Source: an uncultured Alphaproteobacteria bacterium (GTDB lineage Bacteria > Pseudomonadota > Alphaproteobacteria > RF32 > CAG-239). From it: a stretch of 64,000 nt of DNA. Shown piece after piece: positions 28,403 through 38,330 of the stretch. The stretch covers positions 2,422 to 66,421 of the forward strand of contig CAKQMH010000007.1 in the NCBI GenBank assembly GCA_934254915.1, in the 5' to 3' direction. Below the pieces are notes generated by a model. The model was given only the letters and a program-made list of their open reading frames with translations, was not told the origin of the DNA and searched no databases. Each line of letters begins with the position of its first letter. Position 1 is the stretch's first letter. The translations under genes were made by a program, and so were the position numbers.

Positions 28403-29548
28403 ATGTTGCAAGACGCACTTGGTTATTATCAGATTTTAGAAGTCAACGACCAATCATCGGCCGCTGAGATAAAACGCCAATACCGCGATAAAGCCAAATT
28501 ATATCATCCCGATTATAATAAATCTGCCGCCGCGGTGGAGATTTTTCAACAATTATCCGAAGCTTATGAAGTTTTGAGCAATGATGACCGACGCTTAATT
28601 TATAATCTATTATCGGCGGTTTATGATAAAAACAATTATCCTGAGCTTGAAAATATCCAACCATTTAAATCACCGGCAAGCGACAGTGTCGACATTCGTT
28701 TTATCAACCCGATGTCGGTGCGCGGAAAACTGTGGCGCTATACGGTAAGTACACAGCCATGTTATTGCACTTTAGGTTTGGCGCGCAAACACGAGTTGAA
28801 AGTTTCCGTCCTTAATTGGTTGTTAGGTTGGTGGCAGCCCAAAGCTTTTGTGCTTAATTGCAAATATTTGTGTGAAAACTTTCGCCATGTTGATTATCAG
28901 GATGAAAATTTGCGTCTGTTGGTGCATAACGCGGTGGCGTATAATCATTTGGGACAACAAGCGGAAGCCTCCCGTTCGGCTGTTTTGGCGCTGAGCTATG
29001 CTCAAGGCAGTTTGCGGACTTATTTGCAGCAGTTTATTGCTCGCCTTAACCAACGTGTCGCTCGTCCGCAGTCATGGCCGTTGTTGCAGCTTAAACTGGT
29101 ACAGTTGCTGATGCCGTTGCTTATCTTTTTAGCCGTATTTTTGCCGTCATCGGTTGAATATGTCAGTGAATGGGATTTAATGCAGTATTTCCAAAATAAG
29201 AAAGCTATTGATTATTATCAGGAAGTCAATTTCGGGCGTCGCGGACGCAGTGTTGATGATGTCGTTGTCGGCAAGGTTTTGACTATTCCGGTCGACCGAA
29301 CCGATATCAAACAGCTGTATCATTTGCGCGCTGATGCCCAAATTATGTATGGTCCGTCGGATGAGTTTGATATCTTCAAGCCAGTGAAAAGCGGCACTAC
29401 TGTTCGCCTGACCGGTGTAACTCCGGATAAAATTTGGGCGCGGATAATGATTGACAGCGGCGAAATGGGGTTTGTTAAAATGCAAATCTTACAGCGCGGT
29501 ATGGGCAATCCGGTGCCGGATTTTAGTAAGGTTTATGAGCCGGAGTAG
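28403..29548 (+). CDS. J-domain (DnaJ-like) membrane protein with a C-terminal SH3-like domain
   Basis: N-terminal J domain YYQILEVNDQSSAAEIKRQYRDKAKLYHPDYN with HPD. Internal TM segment LVQLLMPLLIFLAVFLP. C-terminal segment FDIFKPVKSGTTVRLTGVTPDKIWARIMIDSGEMGFVKMQIL resembles a bacterial SH3 fold. Confidence 0.65.
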   Translation: MLQDALGYYQILEVNDQSSAAEIKRQYRDKAKLYHPDYNKSAAAVEIFQQLSEAYEVLSNDDRRLIYNLLSAVYDKNNYPELENIQPFKSPASDSVDIRFINPMSVRGKLWRYTVSTQPCYCTLGLARKHELKVSVLNWLLGWWQPKAFVLNCKYLCENFRHVDYQDENLRLLVHNAVAYNHLGQQAEASRSAVLALSYAQGSLRTYLQQFIARLNQRVARPQSWPLLQLKLVQLLMPLLIFLAVFLPSSVEYVSEWDLMQYFQNKKAIDYYQEVNFGRRGRSVDDVVVGKVLTIPVDRTDIKQLYHLRADAQIMYGPSDEFDIFKPVKSGTTVRLTGVTPDKIWARIMIDSGEMGFVKMQILQRGMGNPVPDFSKVYEPE

Positions 29549-29796
29549 GAAGTTCGTTTTGTGCTGGGAAGTTCGTCTAGAGGTTTTCTAGAGCAGCTAA
29601 CTACGGTCTCGTGTTCGGTCATGTACTATTTTGTACACTCACTCACACTCGCCTTGTTATCCACTCTATAAATTCCTCTATCCGAACTTCTAGGACTTAG
29701 TGCAGGAATATTTTAAATGGTCGAAAGGTCTCGGCCTTGTTTTTCGTGACGCGCATCAGTCGCGGCACAAAGAATATCAGCATATTATCCGCGTTG

Positions 29797-31095
29797 CTAG
29801 TGCTTCTTGCCTTGGAATATGACTTTAGCACGGTCAAGCAAAGAGCTGTCTTGCGCCAGTTTATTAAACATATGCGTTGGAGACATCGGAATAGGATCGG
29901 TCGGCGTATTGTCCACGTAGTTGACATTGGGACGAAACGTGATGCGGGAAAAAGCAAATAATACCAAAAATCCGTTTACGGCGGAAAAAGCGACCAAGAA
30001 ACTGATTGCTCCCCAAACCTCCATGGTATAAGAAATTACTATCGGCCCGAAAATCATACCGATGCTTTGCAGTAAAATCAACATTCCGCTGGCTTCCACG
30101 CGTTCGCTGTCATCTATCAGGTCATTAACATGGGAGACGCATAACGGATACATCACAAACACGGCCGCGCCCAAAATCAAGGATACGCCGATTAATTCCC
30201 ATAATGCGCCGCCGATAAACAGGTGTACCCAGGGTGCAATCAAAAACAAAATGCCGCTTTCCCACATCACCACAAAGCGCCGGTCCATTCGGTCAGAGAG
30301 TTTACCGACCGGAATTTGCGCCAACATCCCGCCGGTAATGATAAAAAACATAAACAGTGAAATTCTATCCAAACTTAAGCCGCTTTTGCTGGCATAAATT
30401 GCCCCCAGAATATAAACACTGCCAACCATTACGCCGCTTACAATGCAGCCGACTACGCCCACCGGCGAAATTTTATACAGCCGCAACAGCGACATACTTT
30501 TGTGAATGGAGATATCGGGTGCGGGCAGGGCGGTTAGTGAAATCGGCACTAATGCAATAGAATACAAAACCGACACCAGAATAAAAATAATTACTCCGTT
30601 GGCATCGGGAACGGTAATCAATAATTGCCCCCATGCTGATCCTAAATAGGTTGTCACCATGTATAATGACATAATGATGCCGCGATTCTGATTCTTGGTG
30701 CGGGTATTCAGCCAGCTTTCCAGACACATCATAGCTGAACTGAGGCAATATCCTTCCAGAAAACGCAACACTCCCCAATATAGCGGATTAGGAGAAATGC
30801 TGTGCAGCAAAACCAACGCTGATAAAACGGATATATAGACGGAAAAAGCTCGAATATGCCCCACACGGTTGATAATTCGGTATGAACTCAGCGAGGCAAA
30901 AATATATCCGACATAATAAACCGAAAGCACCAAACCGGCTTCCGCGGTGGTAATCGTCATTGCATTAAGCCTTAAAGCCAAGGTTGATGACAACAAACCA
31001 TAGGCCGCACAGGTAAACATCGTGCCGATAAAAAAAGCCGTCAGAGGGGAAGCTAATTTTTCCAAAGATTTGATACTTTCCCAAATTTTGTTCAT
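29797..31095 (-). CDS. MFS transporter (start at MNKIW with a GAGGGGAAA RBS; the longer ORF runs to 31113)
   Basis: About 12 predicted TM helices with MFS-like loop motifs (GKLSDRMDRR between TM2 and TM3). Confidence 0.8.
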   Translation of the reverse strand: MNKIWESIKSLEKLASPLTAFFIGTMFTCAAYGLLSSTLALRLNAMTITTAEAGLVLSVYYVGYIFASLSSYRIINRVGHIRAFSVYISVLSALVLLHSISPNPLYWGVLRFLEGYCLSSAMMCLESWLNTRTKNQNRGIIMSLYMVTTYLGSAWGQLLITVPDANGVIIFILVSVLYSIALVPISLTALPAPDISIHKSMSLLRLYKISPVGVVGCIVSGVMVGSVYILGAIYASKSGLSLDRISLFMFFIITGGMLAQIPVGKLSDRMDRRFVVMWESGILFLIAPWVHLFIGGALWELIGVSLILGAAVFVMYPLCVSHVNDLIDDSERVEASGMLILLQSIGMIFGPIVISYTMEVWGAISFLVAFSAVNGFLVLFAFSRITFRPNVNYVDNTPTDPIPMSPTHMFNKLAQDSSLLDRAKVIFQGKKH

Positions 31096-31122
31096 TTTCC
31101 CCTCTTCTCGCAATGTTTTAAT

Positions 31123-32856
31123 TTATTCCGCACAGGCTTTTTTGAGCATAACTTCCGGAGCTTCGATTCCCAACAAATTGAGCAGAAGCTGCAGAATATC
31201 GCGTACCATTTTGGCCAAACGCAGGCGGGAGGCCGCCAATTCGGCTGTTTCGGCACTCATAATCGGGGAGGCGTTGTAGAAGCTGGAAAATGTCTGTGCC
31301 AGATTATAAGCATAATCCGAAATAATGCTTGGCTCTTTTTCGGCTTCCGCCCGCATAATCACGCTGTTAAGCTGCGAAATTTTGAGCGCCAGAACCCGCT
31401 CTTCTTTGTTGCTGATAATCACCTCGCCGGCCGCATGTTCTGCCTTGCGCAAAATTGAGTTAATCCGCGCAATTGCATATTGAATATACGGGCCGGTTTT
31501 GCCTTCAAATTTAGCAAAATCTTCCAGTTCGAACACATATCCTGAGCCGATGTTGTTTTTTAAATCCTGAAACTTTATCGCGCCGACGGCAATTTGTTCC
31601 ACCAACTTGTTAATTTCGTTTGCCCCGTAACCGTCAACTTCACCGGCTTCCGGAACCGATTCGCTGACTTTGTTTTTCGACATATTAATCAGATTTTCTA
31701 ATGTCATTACTCCGCCGTCACGGGTTTTGAATGGTTTGCCGTCCGCTCCGTTGACTGTGCCGAAACCGATGTGCTGCAGTTTAACATTAGGCGCAATTCC
31801 TAACTTGTCGGCAACTTCAAACACTTGTTCAAAGTGCAACGCCTGACGTTTGTCCACCACATACAAAATTTCTTGTGCGTGCAGTTCATCAACTCGCATT
31901 TTAATGGTCGCAATATCGGTCAGCTGATAGCCAAAACCGCCATCGCTTTTAACCATAATAACCGGTGGTTTGCTGTCATCGGCCAACCGGATGATTAAAG
32001 CTCCGTTATCAAGTTCGGCCAAGCCTTTGGCTTTTGCCAGTTCAACAATTTCGCCGCAGGTTTTGTGTGCATCGCTTTCGCCTAACCACAAATCAAAATG
32101 CACATCCAAGGCTTCATAATTTTGTTTTATGGCCTCAACCGAAACCTTGCGTAAATGTTGCCATGCTTTGCGATATTCTTCATCGCCGTCCTGCAGTTTG
32201 GCCGTAATAATACGAGCTTTTTCTTTGGCGGCTTCGTCTTCCTTGCAGCGGATGTTGGCTTTTTTATAAAATTCGGTAATTTGATTAATATCGTAGCTCT
32301 CGGTTTGTGCCAAATTTCCGTCTTGGTTGATAATTTCCGCCAAAATCATACCCATCGGTGTTCCCCAATCGCCCAAGTGAACATCGGAAATTACCTTGTT
32401 GCCGACAAAGCGTTCAATTCTTTGCAGCGATTCGCCGATAACGCCGGAACGCAAATGGCCGACGTGCATAGCTTTCGCGACATTCGGGCCGCCGAAATCC
32501 AACACAACAGTGTGCGGATTGGCGGTTTTGTCAATCCCGAAACGGGTATCATTGCTGATTTTATCCATCGTTTGGGCAATAAACTTATCGCTGATTGTCA
32601 TATTAATAAAACCAGGACCATCAACCGAAACTTTGGCTAAATCGCTGTCTTTTTCCAGTTCGGCGGCAATCAAAGCGGCAATTTCCCGCGGATTTTTATG
32701 CAGCTGCTTGGCTAAGGCCAAAGCGCCGTTGCATTGAAAATCGCTCAAATCCGGACGATCGGAAACCTTAACTTGAGCGTATTTTTCATCTAAGCCGATT
32801 TGTTGAAAAATTTTGGTAGTTTTTTGATTAATAATTGCTTCTAAAGACAAACTCAT
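31123..32856 (-). CDS. argS: Arginine--tRNA ligase
   Basis: 577 aa with class I HIGH-type motif (MHVGHLRS), the ArgRS N-terminal additional domain and a C-terminal DALR-type anticodon-binding domain. Confidence 0.95.
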   Translation of the reverse strand: MSLSLEAIINQKTTKIFQQIGLDEKYAQVKVSDRPDLSDFQCNGALALAKQLHKNPREIAALIAAELEKDSDLAKVSVDGPGFINMTISDKFIAQTMDKISNDTRFGIDKTANPHTVVLDFGGPNVAKAMHVGHLRSGVIGESLQRIERFVGNKVISDVHLGDWGTPMGMILAEIINQDGNLAQTESYDINQITEFYKKANIRCKEDEAAKEKARIITAKLQDGDEEYRKAWQHLRKVSVEAIKQNYEALDVHFDLWLGESDAHKTCGEIVELAKAKGLAELDNGALIIRLADDSKPPVIMVKSDGGFGYQLTDIATIKMRVDELHAQEILYVVDKRQALHFEQVFEVADKLGIAPNVKLQHIGFGTVNGADGKPFKTRDGGVMTLENLINMSKNKVSESVPEAGEVDGYGANEINKLVEQIAVGAIKFQDLKNNIGSGYVFELEDFAKFEGKTGPYIQYAIARINSILRKAEHAAGEVIISNKEERVLALKISQLNSVIMRAEAEKEPSIISDYAYNLAQTFSSFYNASPIMSAETAELAASRLRLAKMVRDILQLLLNLLGIEAPEVMLKKACAE

Positions 32857-32876
32857 TTTAACTTAATTCCTTAAAC

Positions 32877-33194
32877 TTATTTTACACATTTGAAATAGTA
32901 GTGGTTGGGGAGTAAAACCCGACAGGTGAAAGTGCTTTTGCTGACTTCCTCCGCATGAGAACCTTTTTTTTGCTTAACGCATTCTTCGTCAGCCATTTTT
33001 TTCACTTCATCGAACGATGTCCACAAACCGTTGTAGCAGATTGCCGGAGCCTCAGGCTTTGAGCGCCCGACATATAACTTGTCAGCAGAAGGCGCTCCGG
33101 CTTCTCTTCGTCGGTCGACAAACGGGTTTAACAGCGAACAAGCCCCGAGAGCCAGCATCAAAATCGGCAGAATGGTCATTTTTAGCCTAGACAA
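32877..33194 (-). CDS. Small lipoprotein (hypothetical)
   Basis: Lipobox LALGAC in the N-terminal signal, with 4 further Cys; 105 aa. Confidence 0.45.
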   Translation of the reverse strand: MSRLKMTILPILMLALGACSLLNPFVDRRREAGAPSADKLYVGRSKPEAPAICYNGLWTSFDEVKKMADEECVKQKKGSHAEEVSKSTFTCRVLLPNHYYFKCVK

Positions 33195-33254
33195 TTTTTA
33201 AAACTCCACTACATTAAAAGTAAATTGTGATAACTATACTAAAAGAAGATAAAA

Positions 33255-33860
33255 ATGCAAACTGAAAATAAATATATCGGTGATGATAAATTTACCAAAT
33301 TGCTGGAACACTATCAATGCCCAACTCCGCTGGAGGTGGTCAAAATGCGCTTTGCCGGTGCTTTGTGCAGTCCCAATATGGATTTGCGCCCGACGGATGT
33401 AATCTCGTCCTTTTGGCCGCAAGGGCAAGCTCCGCGTCTGGCCACCAAAGATGAGGCGGATTTGTTTTTTAAGTTTTTTATGGGCTTGTGGGATGAAATT
33501 TTTACTCACATCAAAGCCAACAAAATCAAATTGCCGAAACTTTCTCTTGCTGACACTGCGGCAATTCGCGCAGCCTGCGAGCGGCGCTTTGCTGAGGTCG
33601 AGTGGGGGTATGTCGAAGGCTTTTGGGGCGGCAAACAGGATTTGAAATTGCCCGAATTCCTCGCCCAAGTGATTGATTCGCTGTCAGAATTAGCTGAAGC
33701 TTATACTACTTTGGCTAAAAAACTTGACAACCCCGCTGATTTGTCTGACATTACAACAGCATTTGCCAATACTGATAAAATGGTTGAAAAAACTATTGCT
33801 TTTGTCATCGAAAATTCGGTGCTGCCGCGGATAGACAGCCTCAAACGCACTGTAAATTAA
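33255..33860 (+). CDS. Hypothetical protein (201 aa)
   Basis: Clean ORF with a plausible start. Sits in the gap between the divergent lipoprotein gene and the nitroreductase gene. No motif recognised. Confidence 0.45.
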   Translation: MQTENKYIGDDKFTKLLEHYQCPTPLEVVKMRFAGALCSPNMDLRPTDVISSFWPQGQAPRLATKDEADLFFKFFMGLWDEIFTHIKANKIKLPKLSLADTAAIRAACERRFAEVEWGYVEGFWGGKQDLKLPEFLAQVIDSLSELAEAYTTLAKKLDNPADLSDITTAFANTDKMVEKTIAFVIENSVLPRIDSLKRTVN

Positions 33861-33899
33861 GCCGCTTTTGCCTGCGGTATAATAAAGGAGATTTCGCTT

Positions 33900-34433
33900 A
33901 TGGAACTAATGGAAGGACTTTTGACCCGTCGTTCGGTTCGCCAATATCAGGATAAAAAGATTCCCAAGTCGGTTATGGAAGAAATTATCAAAGCCGCTCA
34001 ATATTCCCCCACGGCGCATAATCGCCAGCCATGGGAGTTTTTGGTGGTTGATGACAAAGAGATTTTAGCCGACTTGCGCCATTTGCAGCGCTGGACGTCG
34101 TTTGCTAAAAATGCCGCTTGCGTGGTTTTTGTCTGCGGCGATATTGATCGTTCGTTTAACCGCAACAAGGAAGATGAGAAATGGAGCTTTATTGACGTTG
34201 ACTGCGCGATTGCTACCGAAAATTTGATGTTGGCGGCTTGGTCTAAAGGTATCGGCAGCTGCTATTGCGGAGCTGCGCCGATGCAAAAGGTGGTTGATGC
34301 CTTAAAAGCGTATCTGCATTTGCCGGACAATATTCGCCCGTTTGCGATTGTGCCAATGGGATATCCGGCTGAAACCCCTAAGCAGCCTGACGACCGCTAT
34401 CACCCCGAAAAAATCCATTGGGGCAAGTGGTAA
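33900..34433 (+). CDS. Nitroreductase-family protein
   Basis: TRRSVRQY N-terminal motif and HNRQPWEF, typical of NADH/FMN nitroreductases; 177 aa. Confidence 0.8.
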   Translation: MELMEGLLTRRSVRQYQDKKIPKSVMEEIIKAAQYSPTAHNRQPWEFLVVDDKEILADLRHLQRWTSFAKNAACVVFVCGDIDRSFNRNKEDEKWSFIDVDCAIATENLMLAAWSKGIGSCYCGAAPMQKVVDALKAYLHLPDNIRPFAIVPMGYPAETPKQPDDRYHPEKIHWGKW

Positions 34434-34562
34434 TCCTGAAATAAGGCAAAAAATTGTGGGTAGATACCCAAGTTTTCAAATTTAGCTTGAAAAAATATGA
34501 TTTGGTGCTAAATTACCAACGATTAAAACTATGCCTGTGCGGGGCTGTCCGCACATTGATAA

Positions 34563-35594
<1,032 letters not shown>

Positions 35595-35681
35595 TCTTAA
35601 ATTCCCCGCTTTCAGCACCGCGGTTAGTCGGTTACGGCTAATCGCACTGACCGCGGGGATTTTTTATTTTAGGAAAAGAAA

Positions 35682-36890
35682 ATGGAATATAAAACAATCA
35701 AAGATTTAGGTGATTTGAACGGCAAAGTCGTTATGCTGCGTGCTGATTTGAATGTACCTATGGATGAAAATTTCAATGTAACCAACACGGCTCGTATTGA
35801 CCGTACAGTTCCGACCATTAAGGAATTGATGAAAAAAGGCGCTAAAGTAGTAGTCGTTTCGCACTTTGGTCGTCCGGAAGGCAAAGGCGATATGAAAAAC
35901 TCTTTGTCGCACGTGGCAAAACCGTTGGAAAAAGCTTTGGGACAGCATGTTGTTTTTGTTGATGACTGCATTGGTGAAAAAGTTGCCGCTGCCGTTAAGA
36001 CGATGAAGAACGATGAAGTTTTGCTGCTTGAAAATCTGCGTTTTTATAACGAGGAGAAAAAAGGCGATGAAGCTTTTGCCGCTGAGTTGGTAAAACCGGC
36101 TGATGTCTATGTTTCTGATGCTTTTTCGACTGCTCACCGTGCGCATGCTTCAATGGTTGCGGCTGCTAAATTGCGTCCGGCGGCTATGGGCTTGTTGATG
36201 GAAGAAGAAGTTAATGCCTTGACCAAAGGGCTGAACAATCCGGAACGTCCGTTGATGGCGGTTGTCGGTGGTTCTAAGGTTTCCACCAAGTTGGATTTGC
36301 TCAACAATCTGGTTAAGAAAGTTGATAAATTGGTTATCTCCGGCGGTATGGCTCACACCTTTATGAAAGCCAGCGGTGTTGATACCGTAAACGAGGCCAA
36401 CTCTTTGGTTCAAATGGATATGTTGGACACCGCTAAAGAGATTATGGCTACGGCCAAAGCCAACAACTGCGACATCATTTTGCCGTTAGATGTGGTTGTA
36501 TCCAAAGAGTTCAAAGCCGAAGCCGAACACAAAACGGTTGCTTTGGATGAGATTCCGGCTGAAGGTTGGATTTTGATGGATGTTGGCGCTAAAACCATTG
36601 CTTCAATTAATGCCAAATTAGATGAATGCAAAACTTTGGTTTGGAACGGACCTTTGGGCGTGTTTGAATTAAAACCATTTGACAATGCCACCAACCAAGT
36701 TGCTGCTCATGCGGCTGAGTTGACCCAAGCCGGTAAGCTGGTTTCGGTCGCCGGCGGCGGTGATACGGTTTCGGCTTTGGCTAATGCCGGAGTTGAAGCT
36801 AAGTTTTCATATATTTCAACTGCGGGCGGCGCTTTCCTTGAATGGATGGAAGGCAAAGAGCTCCCCGGCGTAGTTGTTTTGAAAAAATAA
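35682..36890 (+). CDS. pgk: Phosphoglycerate kinase
   Basis: 402 aa with RADLNVP near the N-terminus and the C-terminal GGGDT(V)SA nucleotide-binding motif. Confidence 0.95.
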   Translation: MEYKTIKDLGDLNGKVVMLRADLNVPMDENFNVTNTARIDRTVPTIKELMKKGAKVVVVSHFGRPEGKGDMKNSLSHVAKPLEKALGQHVVFVDDCIGEKVAAAVKTMKNDEVLLLENLRFYNEEKKGDEAFAAELVKPADVYVSDAFSTAHRAHASMVAAAKLRPAAMGLLMEEEVNALTKGLNNPERPLMAVVGGSKVSTKLDLLNNLVKKVDKLVISGGMAHTFMKASGVDTVNEANSLVQMDMLDTAKEIMATAKANNCDIILPLDVVVSKEFKAEAEHKTVALDEIPAEGWILMDVGAKTIASINAKLDECKTLVWNGPLGVFELKPFDNATNQVAAHAAELTQAGKLVSVAGGGDTVSALANAGVEAKFSYISTAGGAFLEWMEGKELPGVVVLKK

Positions 36891-36907
36891 GCTGTCTACG
36901 AAAAATC

Positions 36908-36943
36908 AAAGCCCCGATGTTTTATGCCTCGGGGCTTTTTTCT
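36908..36943. terminator. Bidirectional rho-independent terminator between pgk (+) and flgE2 (-)
   Basis: AGCCCCGA / TCGGGGCT stem flanked by an A-run (5') and a T6 run (3'). Confidence 0.7.
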
Positions 36944-37010
36944 ACTATTGTCATCCTGACCAAGCGTCAGCGCGTGGAAGGATCTCGGCTATATTTTCCC
37001 GTGCCGTTTC

Positions 37011-38213
37011 CTAGGTTTTCAGGTTAACTGCGGTTTGCAGCATCTCATTATTAACCGTAAAGGCATTGGCATTACTGGTATAAGCGCGCTGCGTAATAAT
37101 CATCGTACCAAACTCTTCGGCAATATCCACGGTTGACCGTTCCAAAGCTTGTGGCACAAGATAGTTGTCAGACACAAAATAGCTTTCGCCGACGTCATTG
37201 GTCGCCTCAAACAATGTTCCGTCTACCGCCAACAGGTTGTTGGGCGCGGTAAAACCGGTAATTGCCAGTTTGGCGATGTTATAAGTATTGCCGTTGGTGT
37301 AAGAGGCTTTCACAATTCCGCCCTCGTCAATGTAGCTCTTGATAAAGCTGCCGCTTGGCGCACCGTTTTGGTTGATAGTGGCAATACCTGTTCCGCCGTC
37401 ATATTGCGTCATGGTTGAAATATTTAAGGCCACATTGGTGGAAACCCCGTCATCCCATTGCACATCGACATTAAGGTTCTTGGGCGAAATCAGCCCGCCT
37501 TTGCTGTCAAAAACAACTTCGGTTTCGCTGCCGGTCGCTGTTCCACCCTCAACCGCAAACGACAAATTCCAGGTATTAACTTTGCCTTCGACTTTGGTAA
37601 AAATCATACTGAGCGAGTCACTCTCGTGGTTTTCGCTATATACCGGAATATTAAACAAGTTGCGATCAACATTAGCCGGAACATTGGCGGTAATACTGGC
37701 CTCCGTGGTTGGCTGCGCCGGAATTTTTTCGGGGTATTTGAGGATAATATTTTCCGCCGCCGCGCTGAACCCGCCGCCGTCTAAGGCCGTAAAGCCTTGA
37801 ACTTTCAACCCATTTTGCGAAATCAGATACGTAACCCCGTTTTCCGTGCGGTTTTCAAAATTACCGGCGCGGGAATAATAGGTGTTGTTGAAGTCGTCCT
37901 TGAGGGTAAAAAAAGCATTAGAATTGCCGGAAATCGCCACATCAAAACTATTGCCGGTCACATTCAAAATACCCTGATCGTCAATATTGGTGCGGTCATA
38001 ATAGCCCACACCCTGCACATCGACGCGGGAGGCGGAAATTCCTGCCGCATTATTCTTGACCGCCGGCGCTGAACCAAGCAAGGTGTAAAACATTGTCTGA
38101 TTGGTACGATAACCCACGGTGTTGACATTGGCGATGTTCGTACTTACCTGTCCGATAGCGTGCGCATAAGCTTCCATACCGGTGGTGGAGGGGGTAAACA
38201 TACTTAAAGCCAT
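37011..38213 (-). CDS. flgE: Flagellar hook protein FlgE paralog (canonical length, 400 aa)
   Basis: N-terminal IGQVSTNIANVNTVGYR and the DVAISGNSNAFFTLKDD...YYSRAGNF block match the FlgE N-domain. C-terminus ERSTVDIAEEFGTMIITQRAYTSNANAFTVNNEMLQTAVNLK matches the rod/hook C-terminus. Confidence 0.8.
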   Translation of the reverse strand: MALSMFTPSTTGMEAYAHAIGQVSTNIANVNTVGYRTNQTMFYTLLGSAPAVKNNAAGISASRVDVQGVGYYDRTNIDDQGILNVTGNSFDVAISGNSNAFFTLKDDFNNTYYSRAGNFENRTENGVTYLISQNGLKVQGFTALDGGGFSAAAENIILKYPEKIPAQPTTEASITANVPANVDRNLFNIPVYSENHESDSLSMIFTKVEGKVNTWNLSFAVEGGTATGSETEVVFDSKGGLISPKNLNVDVQWDDGVSTNVALNISTMTQYDGGTGIATINQNGAPSGSFIKSYIDEGGIVKASYTNGNTYNIAKLAITGFTAPNNLLAVDGTLFEATNDVGESYFVSDNYLVPQALERSTVDIAEEFGTMIITQRAYTSNANAFTVNNEMLQTAVNLKT

Positions 38214-38255
38214 AACTAACCTCGCATTTAAATAAACTAATTCATTCGATATATA

Positions 38256-38271
38256 TGCAAATTTTGTGCCA
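38256..38271 (-). promoter_or_regulatory. Sigma-54 -24/-12 promoter (minus strand reads TGGCACaaaatTTGCA) for flgE2
   Basis: Reverse complement of 38256-38271 is TGGCAC-N5-TTGCA, about 45 bp upstream of the flgE2 start at 38213. Confidence 0.6.
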
Positions 38272-38305
38272 AAAAAACAGCCCTCCTACATTCTGTAAGA
38301 GGGCT
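38272..38305 (-). terminator. Rho-independent terminator after the 594-aa Cys-rich gene
   Basis: Stem AGCCCTC (38279-38285) / GAGGGCT (38299-38305). On the minus strand it is followed by T7, which abuts the sigma-54 -24 element. Confidence 0.6.
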
Positions 38306-38330
38306 ACTTCCGAATTAAGCCGAACTTATT

